Source: an uncultured virus (IMG/VR IMGVR_UViG_3300025389_000012) (taxonomy: Duplodnaviria > Heunggongvirae > Uroviricota > Caudoviricetes). Taken from it: a DNA stretch of 20,000 nucleotides. The notes beneath the pieces were generated by a model. The model did not search any database. It saw only the letters and a program-made list of their open reading frames with translations, and was not told the DNA's origin. Location of the stretch: the IMG/VR virus record IMGVR_UViG_3300025389_000012. The stretch is one strand, 5' to 3'. Positions 16,013 to 20,000 of this stretch are shown in pieces. Every line of letters starts with the position of its first letter. Position 1 is the first letter of the stretch. The position numbers and the translations under genes are program-made.

Positions 16013-19000
16013 TTAGCCGCCCGGGCCAATAATACCTGAGATAGAATTGTTAATTTCTTGGGTATTTGATGCTACAGACCCTTGTAATGATTGTAATGCA
16101 GTTGCATTTTGACCAGTTACGGTACCTAAAGCAGTTCCAGCAGTAGATTTTAGACTACTCAATGATTCAGGATTGTTGACTAATGATGTCAATGAACTTG
16201 TTCCACTTGAGCCAGTTAAGTTGCTAAGAGAACTAACGCTAGGTAGACTTGAAGTTAATGACCCTGTTAAACCACTAGCACTAGATGCTCCTGATGCAAT
16301 TAATCCATTGATAGTTGTTTCGTTGGCACTTGAATTTGTAGAAGATGCAGTTTGTGATGCATCTGCTATAGAGGGAATGTCAACGTTTGTATCTGCATTA
16401 TATTGATTCAACAACGCTATGTATCCAGGATCACTTAGTGCGGCTAACCATGCTTGTCTTGCGCTTTCAATTCCAGGATCACCCTCGGGCAATGTTGCCA
16501 ATGCGTTTTCGTAGGCTGTGTTTGCCGCATCAATTACATCTTGATATTGATTGAGTTGATCTTCAATATCAATTGCTTGTTGTTGTGCATTGTCTAATGC
16601 TTGAATATCATTTACAGCCTCAGTAGATATTTCACCTGTTAAATCAGGTGGGGGAATGCTAGGATCACCCAATACTGAGGTGATTTGATCGCTTATTGAT
16701 GATCTATCTGTAGTGTTAAATCCAAATGTAGGCAACTGAATTGCCCCTGCTGTGCCTGAACTTAATGCTGAAATAGATGATTGTAATGATGCCGCATCGC
16801 CTACGCTTAGACCAGTACTTGCTAGACTTGACAGTGAGCCTAAACCACCTGGAATACTTGGCATTGGTAACCCGTTCATCGCCGCAGTTTGTGCAGAACC
16901 AATAAGTCCTGACAATTGACCTGCACCCGGAATAGAGTTAACAGCATTTGATGCGTTGTTTACTACAGCGCCTGCAATTCCTATTCCACCGGGCAGATTA
17001 CTCATACCACTAGCAAGGGCAGATGATGCACTTGCTCCGGCGCCTGAATTAATAATTGACGCAGATGCCGATAGTTGTGCCAATCCACCAGTTGCTAATG
17101 ATGCGCCGGCGCCGCCCAATGCTGTGACACCATTTACACCTTTTTGTGCAACTGATAAGATACTAGCAGGGTTAGATGGATTAATTCCTGTTGTTTTGCT
17201 AATCAATCCTGTAATTCCACCAATAGCACCAATTGAAGCAGATGATGAATTTAATGGATTTGGAATAGAACCCAATGAACTTGATACTTGAGTTGCAAGT
17301 CCAGACACACCTGGTACGCTATTATTAATAGCACCTGAGATATTAGTAACTGATCCTAATGATCCTGTTGCAATAGATGTTGCTGAAGTTAAACCTGATA
17401 CTGAGTTTAATGCTCCACTTACCAAACTACCCACAGAACCACCAACAATACTGCTGACTCCTAATGCACTTGCCCCATTGATTAAACCTGATCCATAGAC
17501 TGCACTGCCCGCAATTCCACCTGCAACACCACCGGCAACTCCTGCTAATAAGCTACCAGCAGTGCCTTGTCCTGAAACTAATGCACTTGATACTGCTGAG
17601 GCTGCGGCAATCTGTGTTAGATTTTGTGGTATACCAGCCTGCATTGGCTTAAATTGTTTCTTAATTGCATTAAATGCTGAACCAGAAACACCTTGTGTTA
17701 GATTTAGTAATCCTGTTAATGATGGAACTGCTGCCATAGCATTTAATCCACTGGCAATGCCTCCTAGTCCACCACCTGCCAGTGTTGCGACACCTGCGGC
17801 TGCGGCGCCTGAACCAATAGCACCTAATGCTGATTGAGAAGTACCAATTGTAGTTATTGCTCCGCCGGCTGATCCCAAAGCACTTGATACCAATCCAGTT
17901 GCTCCGGCTGCTAATGATCCTAACGCTTTAGAACCTGTCAATGCTGTTGTTACTGAACCTACTGCTCCGGTTAATGCTCTAGTAGATATTCCACCACCTG
18001 ATATACTTTGTACTGCACCAACTGTTTGATGCAATCCAACTGTTGTAGCCGCATTTACTAGACCTGCAACTTGTGTTGGTGATTCTCTTCCTGTAATAAC
18101 TCCGGTTAGTGTTAAGCCCGTTTGTGCCTGTTGCATATTAGTTACAACACTAGTTGCTTGTGCACCAACACTTGATGTTAATTGTTGTAAATTTTTTGCG
18201 CCCGATGCACCTGCAAACAATGCTGAAGGCATTGCTTGACTAATATTGGCTCCTGATTGTACAAGACCATTAATAAGAGTATCTGAACCTGGTTTTAAAA
18301 TACCGCTTGATGCTAGTTGACTTGGTGACTGTGCAAAAGCACCAACTGCGGCTACATTGCCTGCCGCAGTTGAAATTACGGCTGCACCTTGCTGTGTTGC
18401 TGCCGCTAATGGGCCTTGAGCCGCAGCCTGTGCTTGTGCGCCCAATACTGCGTTTGTAGTTCCTTGATCCATTGAATCAGATACAGCAGGAACGTTTGGT
18501 GCGCTTGCCGCTGTTGCTACGCTCACTGGTGTTGGGTTAGTTGACGCACCTGCGTCATTTGCGCTTGCAACTGCTGGACTTGGGGTAGGCGGTAAGTTTG
18601 CATTTGCATCTAAGTTTGTTTGTACGTTAACACCTTGACCTGCGTTAGCCCATGGTGCGTGTGCAGGGGCACGTGAAGTAATTGATAATAACTTACCTGG
18701 GGCCGCACTAAACCCCGTTGATTGATCATATAGTGTATCAGTTTGTGCAAGAACGGGAATTGTTGCAACTTGTTCTGGTTGTGTACTTGCTGAACCTGAA
18801 TTTAAATTTACTTTACTACCATTAATATATGCCGCACCACCTGCTGCCAATGATCCATCGCCACCTGATGCTAATGCAACTGCGGCGCCTGCTTTGGCAG
18901 TAAAATTATTAATTGCTGACATTTGGATATCAGTAGATGCACCTAAAGCAATCTTTTGATCTGTATTGACATTAAAGTTTGTTGCTTTAAAGTTCATGTC

Positions 19001-20000
19001 TTTGACAGCATGAAGATTAATGTTATTGTCTGCGTGTAAGTTTAAGTCACCCTGTGTTCTAATATTAACTGAGTTAGTAGAGTACATATCAATTGTACCT
19101 TCTTTACCCAACTCAATATAACTTTGTCCATTACTGTGTAGTATCATTAATGTTTGACCATCGTCACTCATTAATATCTGATGACCCAATGCTGTTCTAA
19201 TTCTGATAAGTTGGTCACGTCCAATAACGTCACCGTCGTCCATAACAAAACTGTGACCACCTCTACGTGCAACTACTTTTAATTTTTGTGCTTGTTCTTC
19301 AGTAAGATTACTTGCTACACTGGTATCATTATAACCACCTGAATAGATTGGTCTACCCGGCGTGCTTACACCCCAACCCACACGACTTGCAGCCTCACGT
19401 TGTGCGCTACTTGAAATAGGCCCACGAATAGGATCACGAATAACACCCTGTTGATTCATAATACTTGCAGTATAACTATGAACTGGTTTAGGTGCTGTGA
19501 TAAAGTCTGGACTATTTGTTACTTTATCGTTGTTAGTGTTAATATTAGTTACAGGAAGTCTTACTGCACCACCATAACTTTGTGCTTCACCTTCGTTAGG
19601 AATAATGTTATCAGTTGCACCAATAGCAGGAACCATTTGTAGTGCATCTGCATCGGGAACACATCCAATATAGAATCCATAGTTAGGGTCACCATTGATA
19701 AAGATACAAATTACTGTTGTACCAATATCGGGAGGAGCGTGCCATTCACCATATGAACTTGGGTTGTTTTTATAATCTCCGTATCCATCACTGCCTGCTT
19801 GTGGTATTACTTTACCAAAGAAGGTAGTCATGTAGTTTACACTAACCCAAGTATTAGAGTTGTCTGAATCTGGGCCGCCCTTGTCACCAATATAAACTTT
19901 AAGTTTACCTGAACGTGTTGGGTCTACGTTATCTTTAACGATTGCTAGTACAGGTACATTGCGTGGGTTCGCACCACCTGCGTCTGGTTTAGTTGCTTTT
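16013..20000 (-). CDS. Baseplate central spike, T4 gp5/VgrG-like (OB-fold + beta-helix) with long low-complexity C-terminal extension; 5'-partial, >=1328 aa
   Basis: The frame stays open upstream of the track's Met at 19831 to the window edge (KATKPDAGGANPRNVPVLAIVKDNVDPTRSGKLKVYIGDKGGPDSDNSNTWVSVNYM). It contains gp5 OB-fold motifs 'VKDNVDP..SGKLKVYI' and 'PPDIGTTVICIFINGDPNYGFYIG', then spike beta-strand repeats 'RRGGHSFVMDD', 'RTALGHQILMSD', 'NIRTQGDLNLHADNNINLHA'. Confidence 0.88.
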   Translation of the reverse strand, partial: KATKPDAGGANPRNVPVLAIVKDNVDPTRSGKLKVYIGDKGGPDSDNSNTWVSVNYMTTFFGKVIPQAGSDGYGDYKNNPSSYGEWHAPPDIGTTVICIFINGDPNYGFYIGCVPDADALQMVPAIGATDNIIPNEGEAQSYGGAVRLPVTNINTNNDKVTNSPDFITAPKPVHSYTASIMNQQGVIRDPIRGPISSSAQREAASRVGWGVSTPGRPIYSGGYNDTSVASNLTEEQAQKLKVVARRGGHSFVMDDGDVIGRDQLIRIRTALGHQILMSDDGQTLMILHSNGQSYIELGKEGTIDMYSTNSVNIRTQGDLNLHADNNINLHAVKDMNFKATNFNVNTDQKIALGASTDIQMSAINNFTAKAGAAVALASGGDGSLAAGGAAYINGSKVNLNSGSASTQPEQVATIPVLAQTDTLYDQSTGFSAAPGKLLSITSRAPAHAPWANAGQGVNVQTNLDANANLPPTPSPAVASANDAGASTNPTPVSVATAASAPNVPAVSDSMDQGTTNAVLGAQAQAAAQGPLAAATQQGAAVISTAAGNVAAVGAFAQSPSQLASSGILKPGSDTLINGLVQSGANISQAMPSALFAGASGAKNLQQLTSSVGAQATSVVTNMQQAQTGLTLTGVITGRESPTQVAGLVNAATTVGLHQTVGAVQSISGGGISTRALTGAVGSVTTALTGSKALGSLAAGATGLVSSALGSAGGAITTIGTSQSALGAIGSGAAAAGVATLAGGGLGGIASGLNAMAAVPSLTGLLNLTQGVSGSAFNAIKKQFKPMQAGIPQNLTQIAAASAVSSALVSGQGTAGSLLAGVAGGVAGGIAGSAVYGSGLINGASALGVSSIVGGSVGSLVSGALNSVSGLTSATSIATGSLGSVTNISGAINNSVPGVSGLATQVSSSLGSIPNPLNSSSASIGAIGGITGLISKTTGINPSNPASILSVAQKGVNGVTALGGAGASLATGGLAQLSASASIINSGAGASASSALASGMSNLPGGIGIAGAVVNNASNAVNSIPGAGQLSGLIGSAQTAAMNGLPMPSIPGGLGSLSSLASTGLSVGDAASLQSSISALSSGTAGAIQLPTFGFNTTDRSSISDQITSVLGDPSIPPPDLTGEISTEAVNDIQALDNAQQQAIDIEDQLNQYQDVIDAANTAYENALATLPEGDPGIESARQAWLAALSDPGYIALLNQYNADTNVDIPSIADASQTASSTNSSANETTINGLIASGASSASGLTGSLTSSLPSVSSLSNLTGSSGTSSLTSLVNNPESLSSLKSTAGTALGTVTGQNATALQSLQGSVASNTQEINNSISGIIGPGG

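Noticed and set aside
16700..18900. Higher GC as a sign of horizontal acquisition
   Set aside because: It is accounted for by Gly/Ala/Pro-rich coding; third positions still look A/T-biased like the rest of the window.
12664..19642. Short plus-strand ORFs and alternative-frame minus ORFs (13867..14085, 15238..15450) within the gp6-like and spike genes
   Set aside because: They are fully nested in well-supported genes. The Pro/Ala-rich antisense ORFs are the expected mirror of Gly/Ala/Ser codons.
1..20000. Stop-codon reassignment (alternative genetic code) as the reason the track looks empty at 1-12078
   Set aside because: The long frames contain no in-frame TAG or TGA and the three visible stops are TAA. 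The gap arises only because the ORF runs off the window. Recoding elsewhere in the genome cannot be excluded.
1..20000. Bacterial eCIS/T6SS/tailocin locus (spike-gp25-wedge order is shared)
   Set aside because: The T4-type gp6 motifs, spike starting at a gp5-type OB-fold region, giant phage-type modular protein and late-promoter-like ATAAATA elements favour a large phage. No capsid genes are in view, so this is not formally excluded.
1..20000. CRISPR arrays, tRNA/rRNA genes, IS elements
   Set aside because: The window is essentially all protein-coding, with spacers of only 1, 49 and 20 nt, and no such patterns were seen.

Overview
The window is part of the baseplate/tail operon of a large contractile-tailed (myovirus-type, probably jumbo) phage and is almost entirely coding on the minus strand. 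Gene order in transcription direction: (1) gp5/VgrG-like central spike, which starts outside the window (16013..>20000, at least 1328 aa) and has a long Gly/Ala/Ser-rich C-terminal extension; (2) gp25-like wedge/sheath initiator (15531..15992); (3) enlarged gp6-like wedge protein (12080..15481); (4) a giant ORF that the supplied track omits because it has no stop in the window (ATG at 12078, open to position 1, at least 4026 aa; translated by hand, no in-frame stop found). The giant protein looks like a hugely expanded gp7/P2-gpI-type wedge protein with nested accessory modules: a seven-blade FG-GAP-like propeller with a different domain inserted in each of three inter-blade loops, a CBM5/12-like module, a split cupredoxin-like domain and repeated small beta modules. 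Other points of note are a probable catalytically dead lysozyme-like relic and glycine-zipper region in the spike, strong lysine depletion (about 2%) in AT-rich DNA, and ATAAATA late-promoter-like elements in two spacers, one inside competing hairpins. All family assignments are by-eye motif recognition; no searches were run.
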